44,800 nt of DNA from positions 1 through 44,800 of the forward strand of contig JAITFW010000006.1 of the NCBI GenBank assembly GCA_031281085.1, given 5' to 3'. The DNA is from Chlamydiales bacterium. GTDB lineage: Bacteria; Chlamydiota; Chlamydiia; Chlamydiales; Rhabdochlamydiaceae. Shown in pieces: positions 6,575-15,663 of the stretch; the first letter of the stretch is position 1, and every line of letters begins with the position of its first letter. Both the position numbers and the translations under genes were made by a program. The notes beneath the pieces are model-generated. The model ran no database searches and had not been told where the DNA came from. It saw nothing but the letters and a program-made list of their open reading frames with translations.

Positions 6575-9220
6575 ATGAATAAAATTTATATTATAGATGC
6601 AGTTAATCTTTTGTTCCGGGCCTATTACGCTATTTCTCCCATGACCAATTTGAAAGGAGAATCTACTCATGCATTATATGGATTTATTCGCTCTGTGTAC
6701 AAATTAATCAAAGATTTTTCTCCTGACTACGTAATCTGTGTTTTTGATGGTCCAGATAATAAAAAATCGCGAACTAAAATCTACAGAGAATATAAAAACC
6801 ATCGTACTTCCATGCCGTTAGATTTAGTTGAGCAATTACAAAAATCTCTCTATTTTTGTGAAATCTCAGGGATTCCTTTCCTTTCAATAGAAGGGATAGA
6901 AGCAGATGATACAATAGGAAGTATTGCAAAATGGGCTGAAAAAGAAGGTTCTGAAGTATTTATTTGTTCCAGTGATAAAGATTTATGCCAATTAATTTCA
7001 GATAAAGTCCATATCCTTCACTTACACAAAGATAACCTGTTAATCGATGAACAAAAAGTCAAAGATCAATATGGAGTTGAACCATCAAAAATGGTTGACT
7101 TTCTAGCTATAACAGGCGACACTTCTGATAATATTCCTGGATTAGAGGGTTTTGGACCAAAAACAGCATCCTTATTGCTCAATCAATATGGTTCTCTAGA
7201 AGAGATTTTAGCAAACGCTGGCAAGGTCAAAGGGAAAAAAGGAGAAATCCTTGTTCAACAAGAAGAGATTGCTTTGATGAGCAAGCAACTCGCAAAAATT
7301 GATATACATGTTGAAACTCCTACTCATTCGTCTTTTTTTCAACTTAAAACCCCCGATGTTCCAAAAGTCAAGCAGTTTTTTCAAGAGATGCATTTTCTTT
7401 CTTTATTAAAAGAGCTTCCTCTTAATGCAAAGGCTTCTCAAAAAAATTATTCCTTAGTCAATGATGTAGAATCTTTAGAACAACTCCTCAAAAAATTAGA
7501 AAAAGAAACAAACATCTGCATAGATACAGAAGCAACTCATGTACACCCTATGTTAGCTCAAATGGTGGGGATTGGATTTGCTATTCAAGCAGGACATGCT
7601 TGGTACGTCCCTTTAAATGGAATGTTAAGTAAAGAAGTTGTGATGAAAAAAATCAAACCTCTTTTAGAAAAAAAAGAAATTGGTTTTATAGGTCATAATA
7701 TGAAATACGATCTGCATATATTAAAAAACGAGACCATTTCTCTGCAATCGATTCACTTTGATACCATTCTAGCTTCTTATTTGTTACATCCTAATACACA
7801 AAGACACAATCTCGACGAATTATCCCTACAACGATTAAACAGAGAAAAGATCCCTATAGAAAGCTTAATAGGCAAGGGGAAAAAACAAACATCTATGTTA
7901 AACGTTCCTCTTGATCTGATAAAAGATTATTGTTGCGAAGATGTAGATTGCACTCTGCAATTAAAAGAACAATTGGAGCCAGAGCTACAGGAACAAGGAT
8001 TATTCGCTTTGTTTACAAAAGTAGAGATCCCTTTAATTTTTGTTCTTGCAGAAATAGAACGCAATGGTATTTATGTAAATATAAAAACGTTAGAAAAAAC
8101 ATCTCTTGCCCTCTCTTCTAAGATTTTACATCTGGAGCAACAAATTTACGAGCTATCAGGCCAGAAATTCAATTTGAACTCGCCTAAACAATTAAACTTG
8201 ATTCTATTTGATAAATTACAAATTAAACCTCCTAAGAAGACAACAACGGGTTACTCTACATCTATAGACGTGCTAGATGTACTCAAAGAAGAATATCCCA
8301 TCGTTAAAAAAATCATAGAATACCGCACTCTTGAAAAACTACGCTCTACTTATGCCGATGCATTACCTCTGCAAGTAAACCCTATGACAAAACGGATTCA
8401 TTGCACATTCAATCAATCTACAGCAGCAACGGGGCGACTATCTTGTCAAAATCCCAATCTACAAAATATTCCGATTCGAACAGAAGAGGGAAAGAAGATT
8501 CGTCAAGCATTCGAGCCGCAAGAGCTCGGCTATAGTTTTTTATCAGCTGATTATTCACAAATTGAGCTCAGAATTTTAGCTCATCTCTCAGAAGATCCTG
8601 CTTTGATCCAAGCATTCAACAATCAAGAAGATATTCATAGCTATACCGCTTCTCTGATCTTTGGCATACCTCTTTCGGAAGTCACTCCTACTATGCGCTA
8701 TCAAGCAAAAGCGGTTAATTTTGGGATCTTATATGGAAAACAAGCGTTTAGCTTATCCCAAGATCTTAATCTTTCCTACAAAGAGGCAGAATCCTTTATT
8801 GCAACTTATTTTCAGCGCTATCAAAAAGTAAAAGACTTTATTGAATTCTGTGAAGAAACCGCTCAAAAAACAGGCAAAGTGGTAACCATTACCGGTCGTC
8901 AACGCCCTATTGCAGAGATCCATAATAAAAATCCCTCTATTCGAGCATCTGCAAAAAGATTAGCTATTAATACTCCTCTTCAAGGAAGTGCTGCGGACTT
9001 AATTAAAATAGCGATGATTCAGGTAGATCATTATTTAAAACAGTCTTCTAAGAAAGCTAAAATGGTTTTGCAAGTCCATGATGAGCTCCTATTTGAAACT
9101 TCCGATCAAGACATTTTATCACTAGGAAAAGAAGTTAAGCAGATTATGGAAAACGTTATGTCCTTAAAAGTTCCTTTAGTAGTAGATATTGCTATTGGAA
9201 AAAATTGGAGTGAATGCTAA
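6575..9220 (+). CDS. polA: DNA polymerase I
   Basis: 5'-3' exo (EADD, GD.SDNIPG..G.GPKTA), 3'-5' exo (DTE, HNMKYD, YCCED) and polymerase motifs A/B/C (DYSQIELR, K..NFG..YG, VHDE). Confidence 0.99.
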   Translation: MNKIYIIDAVNLLFRAYYAISPMTNLKGESTHALYGFIRSVYKLIKDFSPDYVICVFDGPDNKKSRTKIYREYKNHRTSMPLDLVEQLQKSLYFCEISGIPFLSIEGIEADDTIGSIAKWAEKEGSEVFICSSDKDLCQLISDKVHILHLHKDNLLIDEQKVKDQYGVEPSKMVDFLAITGDTSDNIPGLEGFGPKTASLLLNQYGSLEEILANAGKVKGKKGEILVQQEEIALMSKQLAKIDIHVETPTHSSFFQLKTPDVPKVKQFFQEMHFLSLLKELPLNAKASQKNYSLVNDVESLEQLLKKLEKETNICIDTEATHVHPMLAQMVGIGFAIQAGHAWYVPLNGMLSKEVVMKKIKPLLEKKEIGFIGHNMKYDLHILKNETISLQSIHFDTILASYLLHPNTQRHNLDELSLQRLNREKIPIESLIGKGKKQTSMLNVPLDLIKDYCCEDVDCTLQLKEQLEPELQEQGLFALFTKVEIPLIFVLAEIERNGIYVNIKTLEKTSLALSSKILHLEQQIYELSGQKFNLNSPKQLNLILFDKLQIKPPKKTTTGYSTSIDVLDVLKEEYPIVKKIIEYRTLEKLRSTYADALPLQVNPMTKRIHCTFNQSTAATGRLSCQNPNLQNIPIRTEEGKKIRQAFEPQELGYSFLSADYSQIELRILAHLSEDPALIQAFNNQEDIHSYTASLIFGIPLSEVTPTMRYQAKAVNFGILYGKQAFSLSQDLNLSYKEAESFIATYFQRYQKVKDFIEFCEETAQKTGKVVTITGRQRPIAEIHNKNPSIRASAKRLAINTPLQGSAADLIKIAMIQVDHYLKQSSKKAKMVLQVHDELLFETSDQDILSLGKEVKQIMENVMSLKVPLVVDIAIGKNWSEC

Positions 9221-9819
9221 ACTTGAAAAAGCTAGCTATAACTGGTGGGCTATCCTCTGGAAAAACAACTGTATGCCATTTATTTAAGGAATTGGGAGCT
9301 TTTGTTGTAAGTACTGATGAGATTGTTCATAATTTACTAGTACCAGATAGCATAATTGGAAAAAGAATTATTCAATTATTTGGTCCAAGCATCGTTGAAA
9401 ATAATTCTTTAAACAGAAAAAAAATCGCACGACAAGCTTTTCCTGATGTAAAGCTTTTAAGATCCTTGGAAGAATTAATTCACCCTGTTGTGTATACTCA
9501 GATTGAAAAAGAATATCAATATGCTAAGCAAACTGGTAAATACCCTTTATTTATAGCTGAGATCCCCTTACTTTATGAGAGATTTAAACAAGACGAATTT
9601 GATGTTGTCATTACAGTTACAGCCGATCTATCCATATGCCAAAAGCGATTCATCAAACAACCACATCGAACAATAAGAGAATTTGAGCAACGCATGGCTC
9701 AACAAATCGACCCTGAAAACAAAGCAAAAAAGTCTGATTATGTGATTAAAAACAATGGAAGTTTAGCTCGCTTAAAAGATCAAGTGGCTAAATTGTATTC
9801 TTTGCTAACCATTCAATAA
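9214..9819 (+). CDS. coaE: Dephospho-CoA kinase
   Basis: [11 protein letters not shown]-loop; LEELIHP, EIPLLYE; overlaps the polA end. Confidence 0.96.
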   Translation: MLNLKKLAITGGLSSGKTTVCHLFKELGAFVVSTDEIVHNLLVPDSIIGKRIIQLFGPSIVENNSLNRKKIARQAFPDVKLLRSLEELIHPVVYTQIEKEYQYAKQTGKYPLFIAEIPLLYERFKQDEFDVVITVTADLSICQKRFIKQPHRTIREFEQRMAQQIDPENKAKKSDYVIKNNGSLARLKDQVAKLYSLLTIQ

Positions 9820-9824
9820 AATTT

Positions 9825-11195
9825 ATGGGCAATTTAAACGAAGGAGCCTTAACTTCAATGACAAACGAAGACACCACTCAAGGGTTCCAGGACCCAGAAC
9901 AAAACCATTCTTCTCTTTCTATGACCACTCCTTTCGAGTCGATTACGAAAATAGCTGATCTTCAAAGAATGAATATGGACCAACTTACACTCTTTGCAAG
10001 AAATATTGGTCTAAAAAATCTCGGTGCACTCACAAAATCTCAGATGGTTTTCGAAATCGTAAAGTTTTTATCTGAAAAACCTCAGGAAGTTTTAGTAGGA
10101 GAGGGAGTTCTTGAAATTCTGCCAGATGGATTTGGCTTCTTACGTTCTCCTAATTATAACTATCTTCCTTCTGCTGAAGATATCTACGTTTCACCAGCAC
10201 AGATTCGTCGTTTTGACTTAAAAAAAGGAGATACAGTATATGGAACCATCCGCTCTCCTAAAGAAAAAGAAAAATACTTTGCTCTATTAAAAGTAGAAAA
10301 AATTAATAATAAACCTCCTGAAAAAGCAAGAGATCGTATTTTATTTGAGAACCTTACCCCCCTTTATCCCGATGCTCGACTCGTAATGGAATGCGGTAAA
10401 GAAAAACTCAGCCCACGAGTTCTTGACTTAACAGCTCCTTTTGGAAAAGGACAAAGAGGGCTTATTGTAGCTCCTCCTCGTACAGGAAAAACCATGATTT
10501 TACAGACTATTGCTAATTCCATTGCTGTCAATCATCCAGAAGTATTTCTCATGGTCTTATTAATTGATGAGCGCCCAGAAGAGGTTACTGATATGATCCG
10601 TAGCGTCAAAGGAGAGGTGATTTCCTCTACTTTCGATGAGCCTCCCGAAAGACATGTTCAAATAGCTGAGATGGTGATTGAAAAAGCAAGGCGTCTTGTT
10701 GAATACGGTCATGATGTACTGATTCTCTTAGATTCTTTAACCCGTCTAGCACGTGCTTATAATACAGTTCAACCTCATTCTGGTAAAATTTTAACAGGAG
10801 GAATCGACGCAAATGCTTTGCATAAACCAAAAAGATTCTTCGGTGCAGCAAGAAACATAGAAGAAGGTGGCTCTTTAACAATTATTGCAACTGCATTGAT
10901 TGATACTGGATCTCGTATGGATGAGGTCATCTTTGAGGAATTTAAAGGAACCGGAAATATGGAGTTAGTTCTAGATCGACGTTTAGCCGATCGTCGAGTA
11001 TGGCCAGCTATTGATCTAATTAAAAGTGGAACTCGTAAAGAAGAACTTTTATATCATCCAGAAGAACTTGAAAAAATTTATGTTATGCGTCAAGCTTTGG
11101 CAGATCTCGCTCCTTTAGATGCCATGAACTTGCTACTTGGCCGCCTTAAGAAAACTGGTAGCAATGCAGAGTTTCTTCTCACTATGAAGGAATAG
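9825..11195 (+). CDS. rho: Transcription termination factor Rho (start may be ATG 9858)
   Basis: [57 protein letters not shown]. Confidence 0.99.
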   Translation: MGNLNEGALTSMTNEDTTQGFQDPEQNHSSLSMTTPFESITKIADLQRMNMDQLTLFARNIGLKNLGALTKSQMVFEIVKFLSEKPQEVLVGEGVLEILPDGFGFLRSPNYNYLPSAEDIYVSPAQIRRFDLKKGDTVYGTIRSPKEKEKYFALLKVEKINNKPPEKARDRILFENLTPLYPDARLVMECGKEKLSPRVLDLTAPFGKGQRGLIVAPPRTGKTMILQTIANSIAVNHPEVFLMVLLIDERPEEVTDMIRSVKGEVISSTFDEPPERHVQIAEMVIEKARRLVEYGHDVLILLDSLTRLARAYNTVQPHSGKILTGGIDANALHKPKRFFGAARNIEEGGSLTIIATALIDTGSRMDEVIFEEFKGTGNMELVLDRRLADRRVWPAIDLIKSGTRKEELLYHPEELEKIYVMRQALADLAPLDAMNLLLGRLKKTGSNAEFLLTMKE

Positions 11196-11208
11196 TTTTT
11201 TTTGAAAT

Positions 11209-11248
11209 AACACATCTTAATTTCTTATTAAGATGTGTTTATTTTTTT
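11209..11248. terminator. Probable bidirectional terminator between rho and the convergent gene
   Basis: Perfect 13-bp inverted repeat AACACATCTTAAT-ttctt-ATTAAGATGTGTT followed by a T run. Confidence 0.7.
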
Positions 11249-11285
11249 GATCTTCATTGCGTAATTTCTATTATACATCCATAAT

Positions 11286-13421
11286 TTAAAATTTATCGAG
11301 CCTAAAATCTTGTTGCAGAAATTCATCAAAAGCGGCACAGAGCTTTTGATAAGAAGTTTGATCATTTCTGCGGTAAATATAACCGATACAATGAGTATCA
11401 TAGATGCTTACTTGAGTATGGCATAAATCAGAAGAAGAAATGCGGAGTTTATTAATAAGATCTCCTATTTTTTCTTTGATTGCTATAAAAGGAGAAGCAG
11501 CCATAATTAGGAAGAATTCATCTTTGGTTTGAGTTTTATAAAAAATAGAGGTATGAGTATAGTCTGTATTAACTGCTTTAAGCAACATCTTAAAAAGTAT
11601 CTTTAATATAGAAGGCATAATTAAGGTTTGGCTTAGAGGGGGAGTCAGTGAATAGAAGAAGCTTTCTAATAAAAAATTTTCATGGGAAGAAAGCTCTTTA
11701 AAAGAGTTACAAAGTTCATGGAAAACTTCTTGTTGTTTAGAAAGAATGCCTCCATTGAAGTCGCGAATACCTCCCTCGAAGATACGGTTGAGTTCAGAAG
11801 AAAGAAATTGTCGAGCTTTAAACAGATCAATAGAAAATCTACGTAAAAATGGAGTTTTGTCAAGGGTTACATGGAAGATATTTGCTTCTTTTCGATATTT
11901 TTTTCTAAGTAATCCCACAGATTTAACTTCCAGTCGCTCAATTTTAAGGATAGTGTTCATTTTGCTGAATAGTTGAATCATATCTGGAGAGGAATCATGA
12001 AGAACTCTTAGTAAAATAACTGTAAATATGAGTTGATGTTTCGTTTGAGTATTAAAAGAGATAATGACTTGAGGTAGATCATTAACATATTTTAGTTGAC
12101 GGCTGAGCAATACAATACTTCGCATGATCTCTTCTTCATTACGAGGCATTAAAACAGGATGCATAATGTTTTCTATGTTTTCTTTTAATTCTCGATTCAA
12201 ACTTTTACGTAACTCTTTAATTTCATCAACCGTAAATGCAGTGTTGTCTTTTTTCTCAATTTCTAGATAGAAAAGACGAATAGGGTCATGGGTCCTACGA
12301 TCAAGAATGAAAGAATTTTCTACTTTGGAAACATTAGGTAAACAGTGACGAATAGCTTCTAATATGTGACGCTCTTCAAATAACTCGCTTTCTTTTAATA
12401 CGTTAATACCGCCAATAATACCTAGGACAGGTTTATGCTCTTGAGTCGAATGAGAAGAAAGATAAGCACGGAAAATTTTTAAAATTAAATGCCTTTTTTC
12501 AGGATTTTTAGCAAGTTGATAGAGTAAATTTTTTCTAAATAAATACTGAAAGGAAACTAAGCGAACGAGATGGTGTAGTTCTCTTGCTGCGGTAAATCGG
12601 CTACCAAATAAAAAAGAATAATATCTAATTTCTTCAAAGATATCTTGATCAAAAATCTTTGCTTTTTGTTTTAAAAAAGGAGAGAATTTAAGTTGTATGC
12701 GAGAGATCTTTTTTTCAGCATTAAGTTGTAAAAATAAACTATGCATCAAATTAAACATATTGCCATCGAGTTCTTTAGTAGAGCGGTTCAAAGAAGAGGC
12801 TATGTTTTCTTTGATCATAAAACGTTTTTGTTCAGTAGATAAATTTTTAATCGAAATCACTCGGCGAGCATATCTCACTGCTAAAATATTCAAATGAATC
12901 TCTTTTTGAAGGCTAGATACATTGTTTTTTAAAAACATCAGATCGTTGCTATCTGTGATATCTATATAAATTTGATGAAAATAAAAGATTTGTTTAGGGG
13001 AGCAATGAAAAACGATATTTGCGCCATAAGAACAAGAGATGTTTAAAAGTTTTCCAGGAATTAACCATCGACTTAAAATATCGCAAAAATATCTTCCTAT
13101 ACCTGTTGTAAATTCAGAAGCACAGATTAAACTCATTTTAATGGAGCAAGGAGCTTTGTGAGAATCATTCCAGGAGATAAGAGGTTGACTTTTTCTAAGT
13201 TCTAAAACCATAGAACGCATTTTTTCTTCGGAGGGATTTGTTAAAAATTCTTTCATAAACTCATCGGGTAAAACCTTTTCTAAAGATTGGCTAATGAATT
13301 TTGAAAGGAGATTAAGGCTTTCCACATCCTTTTCATCATCAGCAATTATAAGTTTTATATAATCGCTCAAATTGCCATGTCTTTTCATAGAATCAGAATC
13401 TGGGCACATAAGCGTATTCAT
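11286..13421 (-). CDS. Large hypothetical cytoplasmic protein (711 aa), coupled to oppA
   Basis: Long intact ORF with no signal peptide or TM; starts 13 bp after the oppA stop; no family motif recognised with certainty. Confidence 0.8.
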   Translation of the reverse strand: MNTLMCPDSDSMKRHGNLSDYIKLIIADDEKDVESLNLLSKFISQSLEKVLPDEFMKEFLTNPSEEKMRSMVLELRKSQPLISWNDSHKAPCSIKMSLICASEFTTGIGRYFCDILSRWLIPGKLLNISCSYGANIVFHCSPKQIFYFHQIYIDITDSNDLMFLKNNVSSLQKEIHLNILAVRYARRVISIKNLSTEQKRFMIKENIASSLNRSTKELDGNMFNLMHSLFLQLNAEKKISRIQLKFSPFLKQKAKIFDQDIFEEIRYYSFLFGSRFTAARELHHLVRLVSFQYLFRKNLLYQLAKNPEKRHLILKIFRAYLSSHSTQEHKPVLGIIGGINVLKESELFEERHILEAIRHCLPNVSKVENSFILDRRTHDPIRLFYLEIEKKDNTAFTVDEIKELRKSLNRELKENIENIMHPVLMPRNEEEIMRSIVLLSRQLKYVNDLPQVIISFNTQTKHQLIFTVILLRVLHDSSPDMIQLFSKMNTILKIERLEVKSVGLLRKKYRKEANIFHVTLDKTPFLRRFSIDLFKARQFLSSELNRIFEGGIRDFNGGILSKQQEVFHELCNSFKELSSHENFLLESFFYSLTPPLSQTLIMPSILKILFKMLLKAVNTDYTHTSIFYKTQTKDEFFLIMAASPFIAIKEKIGDLINKLRISSSDLCHTQVSIYDTHCIGYIYRRNDQTSYQKLCAAFDEFLQQDFRLDKF

Positions 13422-13434
13422 TCTTTTTACTTTT

Positions 13435-15018
13435 TTAGTCTTTAGAAGGCATTGGTAGTAATAAGCGATCTCCCCATAACGGTATATTCAAGCGTGGATT
13501 TATGATGTAAACAAAGTCCACATGGTATAAAGGAATGAGAGGCATTTCTTTTAGAAAAAGTTCTTCTGCTTTTTCTAGGGTATGAAAGCGAGTTTCACCT
13601 TGTTCATAAAAAGAGCGATCGAGTAGTTGAATATATTCTGTGTTTTCCCAATTTGTAAAATTTTTTGCATATGTTCTATATTTGAATCTCTCAAGAATGC
13701 TCATGGGATCGTGATACATCGCGCTCCAAAGAGTATGACACATGAAATAATCTCCACTTGTTAGCTTATCCACAAGAATCCTATGGTCTAAAGATTCTAT
13801 TTTAATAAAAATGCCTAAAGCATCTAACCATTGCTGTTGGATAGCTTGCATAACTTTATTTGTTACAGAAGAAAGAGACTGATAATATAAGGTGACTGAA
13901 TCAAAAACATCTTTCGTAAGATTTAGTTCTATCATTGCTTGTTCTAGTAAAATTTTAGCCTGGCTTATATCATTGTCTTTAAAAAAAGAATGATTGCGAT
14001 TTTGTTTCAATACAGGGGGGATCATATTTGTTGCAATAGAGCTTGCTTGATAGACAATATTGTCAACTAGTTCTTGACGATTAAGGCTTAGACTAAGAGC
14101 TCTACGGATTTTAGGATGGTGAAAAGGAGCTTTATCTGTATTAAAAGCAATGATCATAGTAGTAGGAGTTGGTTCTCTAGAAATTTTCCATGTTTTCTCT
14201 AAATCGGGAATGGCTTCTAAAGGAATGGAAGTTAGAGAATCTCCAATGATATCTACTAAACCCTTTTCAAACATTTGTAAAGTGGTTGTATCATTTTCAA
14301 CGATGTGAAAAATAATTTTTTCTGGGTGTACATCTTCTGTTTTTCTATAATAGGAATTAGAGGCAGCAATAATTTCATCTGTATGTTCCCATTTTTCTAA
14401 AACAAAAGGACCATTACATAAAAAGTTAGGACCTGCATTGTGAGCCCAATCAGGATTTTCTCTATCATTTTTGATATTGACAGGAGAAAAAACACAAAAG
14501 GAAAGCAAATTCATCAAATAAGGGGTAGGCTTTTCTAAAGTAAGCACGAGGGTTTTTGCATCTACTGCTTTAATTCCTACCTCATCAAGAGAAATAAGCC
14601 CTTTTTTTGCTAAATCTGCATTTTTTATCGGGTAAAATAACTGAGCATTCATAGAGGGGAAATTAGGATTTAAAATATCTTTCCAAGAGTGCTCAAAATC
14701 ATAAGCCGTAACGGGAGTGTTATTGGACCAAACTGTATCTCTTAAGTGAAAAGTATAGATGAGATGATCCTCTGATACTTCGTATGATTCGGCTTGAGCT
14801 AGTTTAAAGCATTGGTTTGGATATAGTTTTACAAGTCCTTCAAAAAATAGAGAATGCATTTGCGAAGAATACCAATCTCCTCCTTTACGAGGATCCATTG
14901 TTTTTGGCTCTGCTTTCATGTTTAAACGAAGTACTTGGGTTAGTTTTTCTGGATTCTGACGTTTAATGAAAAAAAAAGAAAAAGCAACAACAAATAGAAA
15001 AAATATGATCTTTTTCAT
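13435..15018 (-). CDS. oppA: Oligopeptide ABC transporter substrate-binding protein (SBP family 5)
   Basis: EP.TMDP, FEGL, YTFHLR...WS...PVTA.DF..SW, NGPF.L..W and IRRALS motifs; N-terminal hydrophobic anchor without a lipobox Cys. Confidence 0.92.
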   Translation of the reverse strand: MKKIIFFLFVVAFSFFFIKRQNPEKLTQVLRLNMKAEPKTMDPRKGGDWYSSQMHSLFFEGLVKLYPNQCFKLAQAESYEVSEDHLIYTFHLRDTVWSNNTPVTAYDFEHSWKDILNPNFPSMNAQLFYPIKNADLAKKGLISLDEVGIKAVDAKTLVLTLEKPTPYLMNLLSFCVFSPVNIKNDRENPDWAHNAGPNFLCNGPFVLEKWEHTDEIIAASNSYYRKTEDVHPEKIIFHIVENDTTTLQMFEKGLVDIIGDSLTSIPLEAIPDLEKTWKISREPTPTTMIIAFNTDKAPFHHPKIRRALSLSLNRQELVDNIVYQASSIATNMIPPVLKQNRNHSFFKDNDISQAKILLEQAMIELNLTKDVFDSVTLYYQSLSSVTNKVMQAIQQQWLDALGIFIKIESLDHRILVDKLTSGDYFMCHTLWSAMYHDPMSILERFKYRTYAKNFTNWENTEYIQLLDRSFYEQGETRFHTLEKAEELFLKEMPLIPLYHVDFVYIINPRLNIPLWGDRLLLPMPSKD

Positions 15019-15233
15019 AGGAGAAATCCTTAGATGGACGTGTCAAAAAAAGCAAGCATAATCATTTATAAGACTATTTGTAAATCATAAAGATGTAATT
15101 TAATTTTAACTAAGGATAGGTTCAAAATAAGGTTTAGCAAAATTGAGAAAGTTAATTTTATCTTCTTAAGATTTTTTAAAGCAAGAGAGCTTTTTAGAAA
15201 GCTAGTCAGAGATTTTACAAAAAAGCCTATCTA

Positions 15234-15630
15234 GTCACCCCTGAAGAATAGATTTTAAAAAGCCTCTGATTAGGCAGTTTGGCCTAACAGGACTATTTTT
15301 CGCGATTCGATCAAGACCATATCTCCGATCCATCCAAAAATTTTGACACAAAAAATCCTCAGTTTCCTGAGGATGATTCGGAAGTTGTGAGCTACTGCTA
15401 CAAGAGTGGCATGGAATCGACCAAGTTTTCCATCCTGCTTCATGTGACCGATCCATGGCTCGATTGCTTGCGGTCTTCGAAGAGCTTTTTTGAGGTGTTT
15501 TGATAAACCCTCTGTCCACTAAAATGCGCTTAGATTTCTGTTCGTCTATTGATTTCTGCATTGCGTTTGGACTGAGCTGGCCATCGTAAGGGTTCCCAAG
15601 ATGTGTGGCCATGCTGAGTCTGTATGCCCC
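15234..15630 (-). mobile_element. IS5-family (IS5 group) transposase 3' remnant with multiple deletions
   Basis: GNPYDG and LVDRGF in one frame, then LKKALRRPQAIEPWIGHMKQDGKLGR..AVAHNFRIILRKL in another. The end ...TTCAGGGGTGAC abuts a CTAG. Confidence 0.85.
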
Positions 15631-15663
15631 CAAATCTGAGGTTAGTAAGCCTAAAAAAGCGAT

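Noticed and set aside
15235-15633. 132-aa ORF as a real protein
   Set aside because: Chimeric reading of a frameshifted IS5 transposase relic.
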